IMG/VR virus record: IMGVR_UViG_3300032143_000003
Location: 1 to 44,785 of that record
Reading direction: 5' to 3' (one strand)
Length of the DNA stretch: 44,785 nt
DNA from: a virus
Taxonomy: Duplodnaviria > Caudoviricetes
The notes under the pieces were generated by a model. That model saw nothing but the letters and a program-made list of their open reading frames with translations. It searched no databases and had not been told where the DNA came from. Position numbers and translations under genes: made by a program. Positions 33,984 through 41,397 of this stretch are shown piece by piece. How positions within the stretch are numbered: position 1 is the stretch's first letter; the number at the start of each line of letters is the position of its first letter.

Positions 33984-34283
33984 TTATATTTTCCTCTGAC
34001 TTTTGCTTTCCGTCTTAGAGGCTGCCAATGTGAACCTGCGCCCTATTCCGTCTGCTAACGGTTTCAATCTAGGTAATGCATCGGCTATTTCCCGGAGGAT
34101 ATTTTCATTAATCCCATTGGGATGGCGTTCGCTTCGCTCTGCTTTTTCAAGCTTGAAACAATAGTAAGCTCCCCCGTGTTCATAGGTAAGGACGGCAGTC
34201 CAGCCGATGTTGTTTTTTTCTTTCCAAGAATCTGTCTCAGCCGAATGGATAACCGAGGCCATAAACGTACTTACATCCTTCAT
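33984..34283 (-). CDS. Hypothetical protein
   Basis: 99 aa with an ATGA overlap. Confidence 0.6.
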   Translation of the reverse strand: MKDVSTFMASVIHSAETDSWKEKNNIGWTAVLTYEHGGAYYCFKLEKAERSERHPNGINENILREIADALPRLKPLADGIGRRFTLAASKTESKSQRKI

Positions 34284-34588
34284 TTTTTCTTTCCTTTCTT
34301 TGTGGGCGCTATTGGGCGACCAACCTGGCCGCCCTCAAGCGCGTCTCCTTGTTTTGCCTTCAGACATTCGGGACTATCGACCACCTCCTTTCCGTATATG
34401 ATCTCAATGCTTTCAAGGGCATCCCAGATACTAGAGGCAACGAAACCCACCCTTCCTTTAGGAGCAACGAACCAATCATTATGACCGCCATGTCCACATG
34501 GAGATGCCTTCCACTCATGCCCCTTGTGATAGAAAATAATATTCTTGCCATCTTCGGAGATGGTAGCTTTGCGATTGTGTTCACTCAT
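34280..34588 (-). CDS. Hypothetical protein (start MSEHNRK)
   Basis: ATGA overlap with the upstream ORF. Confidence 0.55.
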   Translation of the reverse strand: MSEHNRKATISEDGKNIIFYHKGHEWKASPCGHGGHNDWFVAPKGRVGFVASSIWDALESIEIIYGKEVVDSPECLKAKQGDALEGGQVGRPIAPTKKGKKK

Positions 34589-34755
34589 GCGATTCTCTTT
34601 CTCTTTGCCGCGCCGACGCCTTCGCAAAGTCCGAATCCAAAGCCTACATGGAAGATGCCGTGAATGGCTTCGTGGGTAATATCCGGGTATGTCTTGCTCA
34701 AGCGGGCAATCTCCCGCCTCTCGATTTCACAGGTTAGAAGTTCGCGCTTTTTCAT
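34585..34755 (-). CDS. Hypothetical protein (start MKKRELL)
   Basis: AGGAGG RBS, directly after the excisionase-like gene. Confidence 0.55.
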   Translation of the reverse strand: MKKRELLTCEIERREIARLSKTYPDITHEAIHGIFHVGFGFGLCEGVGAAKRKRIA

Positions 34756-34756
34756 T

Positions 34757-34984
34757 TCAACCCTCCTTAATAGAATTCGTATAAAATCTCTTGGCGCGGC
34801 GAGTATTTCTCTTTTCATATTCTTCAATGTCTGTCCGGTTAATAAGGGTTTTCTTTCCAAATTGCACACTGGTAATTTCTTGGTTTTTGATTAGTGTATA
34901 AACCGAAACCCGACTCAGACTCAGATAATCTGCCGCCTCTTTGACCGTCAACCGGGCAGGATAGATCGCATTCGTTTCATTCAT
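34757..34984 (-). CDS. Excisionase/Cox-like HTH DNA-binding protein (HTH_17)
   Basis: LTVKEAADYLSLSRVSVYTLIK...G.KTLI; first gene of the early operon. Confidence 0.85.
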   Translation of the reverse strand: MNETNAIYPARLTVKEAADYLSLSRVSVYTLIKNQEITSVQFGKKTLINRTDIEEYEKRNTRRAKRFYTNSIKEG

Positions 34985-34993
34985 TCTGTATAT

Positions 34994-35022
34994 ATAATAA
35001 GCATTACGCATGTAAAAGTCAA
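34994..35022 (-). promoter_or_regulatory. Sigma70-type early lytic promoter
   Basis: TTGACT-17 bp-TATTAT; the spacer contains the palindrome TTAC-N4-GTAA. Confidence 0.8.
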
Positions 35023-35090
35023 GTATTATTTATAAAAATTATTCATTTCGTATATTATTGAAAATAATACAAAATGAAGGTGAAGGCCTG

Positions 35091-35118
35091 TTGACGATTC
35101 TAAAAAATGGTGTATAAT
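35091..35118 (+). promoter_or_regulatory. Sigma70-type promoter for the lysogeny operon
   Basis: TTGACG-16 bp-TATAAT. Confidence 0.75.
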
Positions 35119-35161
35119 GATTCTCGCCCTGGATGCAATTATGGATAAAAGGATGGTTCCT

Positions 35162-35530
35162 ATGCTGAGTGAGTATGTGCGAGTCAGGTTAATTGAGGAA
35201 ATGCACTCGCGGAAGTTTGATCAATTTACGAAATTTGCCCGGAGCCTAAACCTTGATGAGCAATGGGTCAGGACCAAATTAATTGAACCTGGACGCGAAG
35301 GCAAACGGGATATTTCCCTCGATGATCTTTCCTTATTCGCGGAACGACTCAAGATTCCAGTTTGCTCATTATTTCCGTTCGAAATTGGCGACGTTATAAG
35401 AAAAATGCCGATTGGGGAATTTCTGTTGTCAATCTGCAAGGTTGAAATTGAGGACCGGGTTTGGATAGAAGTCGAGAAATACCTGAAAGAACATCCCATT
35501 ATTAAGGAAATTATCAAAAAAAATAAGTAA
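35162..35530 (+). CDS. Probable XRE-type repressor (start uncertain)
   Basis: Divergent from the early operon; FARSLNL...ISLDDL..FAERLKIPVCSLF. The track ATG at 35117 overlaps the -10 box, and AAGGA precedes 35162. Confidence 0.65.
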   Translation: MLSEYVRVRLIEEMHSRKFDQFTKFARSLNLDEQWVRTKLIEPGREGKRDISLDDLSLFAERLKIPVCSLFPFEIGDVIRKMPIGEFLLSICKVEIEDRVWIEVEKYLKEHPIIKEIIKKNK

Positions 35531-35539
35531 GGATGAATC

Positions 35540-36046
35540 ATGCGAAGGTGGGGAATCTTAACAACGGTATTGTTTCTGACATTGGTCGGATGTGCCGGAA
35601 GGGCACCAGTCGCTCGGCAAATTCAAAGTTCATGGACCATTTCGGGGTCGTTCGATATTATATGGAGTTCTGCCTTGGAGGTTTTGGCTGAGTTGAATGT
35701 ACCTATCATTATGCCTATTGATAAAGCGAGCGGTATTATCACTACCGAATCGGTTAATCTTCCCGACAATGAAAAATCATGTTTGGACTGTGGAAAACTT
35801 CCATTCACGGCAATCCTATATCTTCACCGGAGAAAACTCACCATATTTGTCCGCCCTTCAGGTGACCGTGTTGAACTCAAAATCGTGGCTGTTTTTGTTG
35901 CTCAATATACGGACGATATGGCTGATGCCTTAACTACAATCCGCCGGGAACCATTCCAGGGTAAAACCATTTGGGAACGTCCATGCATTTCTACCGGACA
36001 AATTGAACGGGAGATTTACGATTTGGTATCGGCGAAGATAAAATGA
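35540..36046 (+). CDS. Lipoprotein (lysogeny-expressed, possible superinfection exclusion)
   Basis: Signal peptide with lipobox LVGC; located between repressor and integrase. Confidence 0.75.
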   Translation: MRRWGILTTVLFLTLVGCAGRAPVARQIQSSWTISGSFDIIWSSALEVLAELNVPIIMPIDKASGIITTESVNLPDNEKSCLDCGKLPFTAILYLHRRKLTIFVRPSGDRVELKIVAVFVAQYTDDMADALTTIRREPFQGKTIWERPCISTGQIEREIYDLVSAKIK

Positions 36047-36198
36047 AGGTCATCTTCCGCATCGACAGAAAAGGCAGATTCGATAGCTTCTTCTATCCGG
36101 GCAATAAGGTTCCACCGTTCATCCCGCCGCCGAAACGCGATGAGCCGAAGGATACCGCGCCGCCCGATCCGCCGAAGGAAAAACCGAAACCGAATTGA
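36043..36198 (+). CDS. Small Pro-rich protein (51 aa, not in the track)
   Basis: MKVIFRIDRKGRFDSFFYPGNKVPPFIPPPK...; ATGA overlap, ends 3 nt before the integrase ATG. Confidence 0.45.
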   Translation: MKVIFRIDRKGRFDSFFYPGNKVPPFIPPPKRDEPKDTAPPDPPKEKPKPN

Positions 36199-36201
36199 GA
36201 C

Positions 36202-37305
36202 ATGGGTACATATCTTCGGGGCCGTTGGTGGTGGTATCGGCGCATGATTGATGGCCATCGCGTCTATCGCTCACTCAAAATCAAGCGCGGCCAGGAGGCG
36301 ATGCTCTCGGGCCGGATGCGCCAGGTCGATGACGAGATAACGGCCGGCCACTTCGGGCTACCCGCGCCCGCGCGAGGATCGATGTGGTTCTCTCGGTATA
36401 TTTCAAAGTATATCGAGCAGAAACGCCATAACAAGTCGGCCTACCAGCTCCGGCATCGGCTCAGCATCATCGGCAAGCTGTGGCCGGATCTCCCGCTCGG
36501 GCAATATGCACCTACGCAAGTCCGCGAGCTTGAAGCGGCGCTATTCGAGCGCAAGCTAAAGCCTGCAACCGTGAACAGGTACATGGAGCTTTTGAGAAAC
36601 CTCTGGAACTGCGCCATCGAGGACGGGGCGGCGACGGCGAATCCTATCCGCTCATATCAGCCGTTCGCCGAGGAGGGTGAGCGACGCGCCCTCTCGGACG
36701 ATGAGCTTGGCCGGATCATCGAGGTCGCCCGCCATATGGCAGAGAAGCCCCTGAATAGCGTCCAGGCCGTGTTTTTAGACATGGCTCTCCTATCGCTGGC
36801 AACAGGCATGAGGTTGGGATTGATTGTTAATCTTAGGCGGGAATACGTCCGCGAGGACTTATTGGTCGTCCCGATATCGCAGACGAAAAGCAAACGGCGC
36901 GGGGCCGGGATGGGCCACGGCGAGAAAGTCAAGGTAATCGTCCTTTCACCGCTCGCGCAAGAAATCATAGGCAGGCAGGCATCAAAGGACGATTACGTTT
37001 TCCCATTGCGTTGGCGCAATAGTAACGCAATCGGGCTCACTGTCTTAAAGATTAGGAAAGGGGCTAGCGTCCCGGACTTCACGTTCCATCAGTTCCGGCA
37101 TACTGCGTCAACCTTCGTCGGCGAGCACTCGTCCCTGGCCGTGGCAAAGGCGATCCTGGGCCACGCAGACCTCAAGACGACGCTCCGGTACACGCACCCG
37201 GGACTCGCTGAACAGAGGGAATCGGTGGCAAAATTGGGGACACATCTTGAGGGCATCGTACGGAACAGACTGAAAACAAAAGTAGATACGGGAAAGCTCG
37301 GATAG
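36202..37305 (+). CDS. int: Tyrosine integrase
   Basis: ATGMRLG (R), HQFRH (HxxR), LGHAD...TLRY (H, Y). Confidence 0.95.
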   Translation: MGTYLRGRWWWYRRMIDGHRVYRSLKIKRGQEAMLSGRMRQVDDEITAGHFGLPAPARGSMWFSRYISKYIEQKRHNKSAYQLRHRLSIIGKLWPDLPLGQYAPTQVRELEAALFERKLKPATVNRYMELLRNLWNCAIEDGAATANPIRSYQPFAEEGERRALSDDELGRIIEVARHMAEKPLNSVQAVFLDMALLSLATGMRLGLIVNLRREYVREDLLVVPISQTKSKRRGAGMGHGEKVKVIVLSPLAQEIIGRQASKDDYVFPLRWRNSNAIGLTVLKIRKGASVPDFTFHQFRHTASTFVGEHSSLAVAKAILGHADLKTTLRYTHPGLAEQRESVAKLGTHLEGIVRNRLKTKVDTGKLG

Positions 37306-37442
37306 CTTCGAGTCCCCTCTTCGGCACTTCCCCATCCTGCCTGAAAGGGCGCTCCATATCAGGGGAGGCCGTGTTCATTGCGTATCATTTTATATCAAAG
37401 TATTCAATCTTCCACAATAAAATGATGGCAAATTTGGGGACA
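37226..37442 (+). repeat. Pair of 17-bp direct repeats flanking the att core (putative integrase arm sites)
   Basis: TGGCAAAATTGGGGACA (37226-37242) and TGGCAAATTTGGGGACA (37426-37442), 16/17 identical. Confidence 0.7.
37307..37327 (+). other. attP core: 3' end of a tRNA, probably tRNA-Leu
   Basis: TTCGAGT-CCCCT-CTTCGGC-A reads as T-loop, T-stem, acceptor strand (pairs with a 5' GCCGAAG) and discriminator A; immediately after the int stop. Confidence 0.8.
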
Positions 37443-37449
37443 AAAAAAC

Positions 37450-37478
37450 TTGACAAGTATGATAAGTTTTATTATATT
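37450..37478 (+). promoter_or_regulatory. Sigma70-type promoter
   Basis: TTGACA-17 bp-TATATT with an upstream A-tract. Confidence 0.8.
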
Positions 37479-37496
37479 ATAAGCATGGAGGATGAA

Positions 37497-37751
37497 GTGA
37501 GCAAATACAGCACGGAGGAACTGATATGTTTTTTAGAGGGTTCTTATGCAGAGACGCCACCGGGAATGATGGACATTGTTTCTGCCAAGTTACATGCGGC
37601 AGATAAGTTGTGCGAGGCGGCGAAGAAATCAGCCGACGAGTGGTGGAGAATAACCCATGAGGCCGCAAAATTCGGGAAGCCAATCGTTCCACAGAATTAT
37701 GATTTATTTATCAGCGACCAGGTCAAGGCCATCAGCGATTTCGAATCATAA
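37497..37751 (+). CDS. Hypothetical protein, YST/AKLRAAD paralog 3 (GTG start, MSKYSTEEL)
   Basis: GGAGG RBS, own promoter, motifs shared with the genes at 28627..29136. Confidence 0.7.
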   Translation: MSKYSTEELICFLEGSYAETPPGMMDIVSAKLHAADKLCEAAKKSADEWWRITHEAAKFGKPIVPQNYDLFISDQVKAISDFES

Positions 37752-37753
37752 AT

Positions 37754-37781
37754 AAAAAAAGCCCCCGGTTTCCCGGAGGCT
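37754..37781 (-). terminator. Rho-independent terminator ending the late operon
   Basis: Minus strand AGCCTCCGGGAAACCGGGGGC followed by TTTTTTT. Confidence 0.8.
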
Positions 37782-37820
37782 AGTGATTCAAATAATTAGA
37801 CGCGGTGCAATTCACGTGCA

Positions 37821-38867
37821 TTATGGTTTATAGTTCTTCGGCCATGCCCCAAATTTTATACGATATGCTCCAGAAATTGCTCTAATCGTCGCGGCCTGGC
37901 AAACATCGTTGGGCGGATAGAAGCCGGGGAGATGCTCGAAACTAATGAGGCGTGGACGGCCCGATGCACTTGACGGGTAATGGTCAAGGATGTATTTTGC
38001 CCTTGCTCCCCACTCCACCGCCGATGGTCTGGCCCTCTTGTCCCGCTTATCACACAGGGACTTCCCGCCGTAGAAACCATCGTCAGAATACATCTTGCGA
38101 TTCGGCTTGTTTCCCCAGACCGGAAGCGACACCGCAAATGGATATCCGTGATCCTCCATAATCATGTCACGAGAAGCCTTCATCCCGAACTGGTCCTCGA
38201 CAAGATGGCGAACCTGATCTTGAACTGAGTCCGTAGGCCCTATCTTCGTCGTCGCGCCGTAGGTCGTTCGGTTTGGATCAATTAAACCCCTCTTCATATA
38301 TGGGATAATGATCCGCTTAAAGAAATCAGGATATGCCAGGTTTTCAGCTTCATTCAGCCCCCAGATGATGTCAAGGTTTTTCCGCTTGGCACGAACGATC
38401 CAGGTGGAAATCCATGCCTTCGTATATTTATCGGCATCTTTTTCATAGAATGATGTTATTCTCTGCACGTTGGAATACCAGGGCGACCACTTCCTGTATC
38501 CACCGTGAAATTGGCAGTTATCGAAAAGGTCAAAGAGGACCGTCATCCCCTCTTCGTTGATGATGGAAAACGCCTTCTCGACTATGGGGAAATAGTGCGT
38601 ATTGAATTTGCCAAGGTCCCACTTGTCACCGGACAGGACGTAGGGCTGGAACTGATATGTCTTCTTCTGCCCTGGATGCGATCCCCAAACGCCATAGGCA
38701 AGGGCTCGAATGAAGTTTCCTCCCGCTTCTTTTATTTTCTTGACGTGCGCTCCAAGGGCATCGGCATCAAAGGACCACTTCGTACCATTGAATGTAACGA
38801 ACCTCGCGTCGTCCTGGAGGAGCCCCATCAGGCCGTAACCGATACCGCACTTGTCATCTTGGAACAT
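37821..38867 (-). CDS. Putative glycoside hydrolase-like TIM-barrel protein (start MFQDD)
   Basis: AGGNFIR, WDL.KFN..YF, GMTVLFDLFD and WGLNE resemble clan GH-A; GGAGG RBS. Confidence 0.5.
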   Translation of the reverse strand: MFQDDKCGIGYGLMGLLQDDARFVTFNGTKWSFDADALGAHVKKIKEAGGNFIRALAYGVWGSHPGQKKTYQFQPYVLSGDKWDLGKFNTHYFPIVEKAFSIINEEGMTVLFDLFDNCQFHGGYRKWSPWYSNVQRITSFYEKDADKYTKAWISTWIVRAKRKNLDIIWGLNEAENLAYPDFFKRIIIPYMKRGLIDPNRTTYGATTKIGPTDSVQDQVRHLVEDQFGMKASRDMIMEDHGYPFAVSLPVWGNKPNRKMYSDDGFYGGKSLCDKRDKRARPSAVEWGARAKYILDHYPSSASGRPRLISFEHLPGFYPPNDVCQAATIRAISGAYRIKFGAWPKNYKP

Positions 38868-38875
38868 CTTTCCTC

Positions 38876-39286
38876 CTAAACGCTGCAATAGGCGACCTTG
38901 CAGATGGAAGTGTTTTTATCTGACTTGTGTTCAATTTTCAGGCTGATGTTGAAATTCCAAATGCCCCCGTATGCAATATCGCCAGAATATGACGCTAGCT
39001 TATTTCTCACATCCGCCAAGACAACGGTTCCGTCCACGGTGACTTGCAAATCATGATAACCAGTGGCGCTACCGTTTATCAGAAAAATCTGTGCCTGCCC
39101 GGAATGTGTCGCCGCGATATTGAGGACGGTTTCATAAGCCCCCCCGCCGCTGTGCGTGTGCGATGCAGCAGTTGTATAAACCATATTCCCTCCGCCCTCC
39201 GCCGCTGCCGCCTTAGCAGCCAGAGCTTCCAGACGTAGATTAATCTGCCGCAGGGCGGCCTCGTATTCTTTTTTATCCGCCCACAT
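38876..39286 (-). CDS. Small virion/tail-associated protein
   Basis: N-terminal coiled coil, Ala/Gly linker, beta-rich C-terminal domain. Confidence 0.5.
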   Translation of the reverse strand: MWADKKEYEAALRQINLRLEALAAKAAAAEGGGNMVYTTAASHTHSGGGAYETVLNIAATHSGQAQIFLINGSATGYHDLQVTVDGTVVLADVRNKLASYSGDIAYGGIWNFNISLKIEHKSDKNTSICKVAYCSV

Positions 39287-40157
39287 CTTGGCCCTCCTCG
39301 AATGGGAACTCGATCCCCCTCACGCCCTCCCGCGGCCGGAATTCAGGCTCGCTCACGACCTCGACGACATACCGCTCAACCGCCGGAACCGAGGGTACAA
39401 TCAAATAAAATATCGGTGTCCTCACAACCGCGACGCCATGATAGACATCCCAGCTCATCGGCATGGAAAGCAGACCGCCTAAAAGTTTCGTTAGATTTGG
39501 ATCGGTCGCCTTAGCGAGTTTCATTCTCTCTGTTGCAACGGCAATCGTCTCTTGGCAGTCGAGAGCATGGGGAATATGGAATCCGACCCGAAGACCTGCA
39601 TAGCGCAAGACCGGATTCGCAAATGGATGGCTCTCGACCCTTATGTGCCTTTCCCCGATAATCGTATGCTTTGAGTTCAAGGCCGCCTGCCAGACCGGAT
39701 CAAAATATCCTTTGGCCCAGGTCTCGCAGAAGAACGTCCGGCAGCATTTCGGGAATCCCAGGAGTTCACCCTGCACGTCATTATCTCCCTTCTCGAAGGA
39801 CGACTTGAATCGCAGGGTATCCTTGAGCGTCCGGGATACGATGACGCAAAGGCTCGCCCTTTCCCCGGGCCGCGGCTCCTCATGCCTATGAGCGAACCCC
39901 GTAAAGTTTCGGACCCGCTTGATCGGCAGGCTGACCAGGCCCATCTCCGCCCATGCTGCCGCAAGCCTCGGGAATTGATCTTCGCCGATTGTCTGCCAAG
40001 CGCAGGGCCGCTGCCAACGTGCTACGCTCAAGACCTCAAGGTCCGATACCATCGCGCCGAGCTTAGGAAAGATGGGAGCCCAGACCCGTCGAGCCTCTTC
40101 ACTCAACCAGACCGTCCGACACGACGGCGCTAAGTCAAGTCCCTCCATCAATTTCAT
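39273..40157 (-). CDS. Radical-SAM-associated Cys/His-motif protein (DUF483-like), start MKLMEG
   Basis: GELLGFPKCCRTFF and FHIPHALDC; ATG 1 nt after the rSAM stop. Family name recalled from memory. Confidence 0.65.
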   Translation of the reverse strand: MKLMEGLDLAPSCRTVWLSEEARRVWAPIFPKLGAMVSDLEVLSVARWQRPCAWQTIGEDQFPRLAAAWAEMGLVSLPIKRVRNFTGFAHRHEEPRPGERASLCVIVSRTLKDTLRFKSSFEKGDNDVQGELLGFPKCCRTFFCETWAKGYFDPVWQAALNSKHTIIGERHIRVESHPFANPVLRYAGLRVGFHIPHALDCQETIAVATERMKLAKATDPNLTKLLGGLLSMPMSWDVYHGVAVVRTPIFYLIVPSVPAVERYVVEVVSEPEFRPREGVRGIEFPFEEGQDVGG

Positions 40158-40158
40158 A

Positions 40159-41397
40159 TCAAACATCGGTATGATCTCCGTGTGGCTTGTCCCCGTGCTC
40201 GTCGCCGTGCGCATCGCCGTGGCCGGAGCCTCCGGCCCATCTCCGCGTCCGATCACACGATTCCTTAAGCGCAATGTCCGGCATGATCCCCTTGAGCCGA
40301 GTGCGCACGTGCTGGAAAAGTGTCTTATACGCTTCGCAGAATCGGGTCCGGTTCCGCCAGTCATTATCGATTCCCGAGCCGGGACACCCGCCGCCGCATA
40401 AGCCCCAGAACTCGCATCCCTTACAGCCGCCGAGTTCCCGGGGGATCATCGCCAAGGCGTGAACCCTTTCCGCACCGGGCTCCTCTGCGGCAAGCGCCTG
40501 AATCCCGTCCAGGGCCGCCCCGCCTTTGAGACAGACGCCGATGGCTCCGTCCTCCATGATGGCCGTTTCGGCTTGGGTCCGCCAGATGTCGCATCCGTTG
40601 AACGTGCAGGTCGAATCCCCGCCATCGACCAGCATCTTTACGACGTCCCGGTAAGGATACCAGGCCCGGCCGGGATCCGCGAAGCAAAGGTCCGCGAGAT
40701 AGACGAAAGCCCGGCCGAGTTCGGTAGGCGTCAGTTCTTCGTCCCCGAATTCGTCCTCGAAAACGATAACCTCGTTTGTCCGAATCGACGTGACGCCCAT
40801 CGCTTCGAGCCGCAGCAGGAACCTCTTAAGTTCCGGGAGTCGGTCCGGGGTCGCGTTGTATCGCCTGAGAACCACGATGGCCGAGACGCACAGCCCGGCC
40901 GCCCGGGCCCGCTTCATATTTGTCAACGTTACTCGAGTCCCCGTTTTCTCCATTTCCTTCAACGCTTCACGGATCAGCGGAGCATCCTTGAGGCGTGGAA
41001 TTTGATCAATGTCATTCCAGCGGCCTTGATTCAATTCCACCGTGTCACCGTCGATTGAAACCCCGACCCCGACGTTAAACTCCTTGAACATCGCCAGATG
41101 ATCATCTGATATCAAGAGGCCATTCGTCTGTATGGAGGACCGGCCATAAAGCTCATGCATCGTCTTAAGAATCGTCCGCAAGTCCGCCAACGGGAACATC
41201 AGCGGCTCCCCGCCGTGGACGCAGGGGACCGAATACTTCCGCCTATTCTCCGGCGTCTCTTTCGCGGCCTCCCGCCGAAGCGTCGCCAGCATGGCTACGA
41301 GGTTATAGCCGGTCCGGCCTTGCGTCTTCCGGATTCGCCGCTCATAGCATGACCGACATAGGCCGTTACAATCCATTAGCTTGAAATGTAGTCCCAT
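40159..41397 (-). CDS. Radical SAM/SPASM-domain protein (anSME/peptide-maturase-like) with a C-terminal HxD tail
   Basis: CNGLCRSC (Cx3Cx2C), HGGEP, IQTNG, VSIDG; SPASM CTFNGC...GAIGVC...CKGCEFWGLCGGGC...C. Confidence 0.95.
   Translation of the reverse strand: MGLHFKLMDCNGLCRSCYERRIRKTQGRTGYNLVAMLATLRREAAKETPENRRKYSVPCVHGGEPLMFPLADLRTILKTMHELYGRSSIQTNGLLISDDHLAMFKEFNVGVGVSIDGDTVELNQGRWNDIDQIPRLKDAPLIREALKEMEKTGTRVTLTNMKRARAAGLCVSAIVVLRRYNATPDRLPELKRFLLRLEAMGVTSIRTNEVIVFEDEFGDEELTPTELGRAFVYLADLCFADPGRAWYPYRDVVKMLVDGGDSTCTFNGCDIWRTQAETAIMEDGAIGVCLKGGAALDGIQALAAEEPGAERVHALAMIPRELGGCKGCEFWGLCGGGCPGSGIDNDWRNRTRFCEAYKTLFQHVRTRLKGIMPDIALKESCDRTRRWAGGSGHGDAHGDEHGDKPHGDHTDV

Noticed and set aside
37307-37327. 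Complete tRNA gene
   Set aside because: Only the T-loop and 3' acceptor strand are present; the upstream sequence is integrase coding DNA
37371-37496. Track start of the 126-aa ORF at 37371
   Set aside because: This stretch contains the arm repeat and a promoter; the RBS and paralog alignment place the start at GTG 37497
40159-41397. rSAM as the NrdG activase for the NrdD-like mini-protein, or as a QueE/DNA-modification or sulfatase-maturating enzyme
   Set aside because: It has a SPASM domain, unlike NrdG or QueE. No queuosine-pathway or sulfatase genes are present, and it is coupled to the tail gene about 17 kb from the NrdD-like ORF
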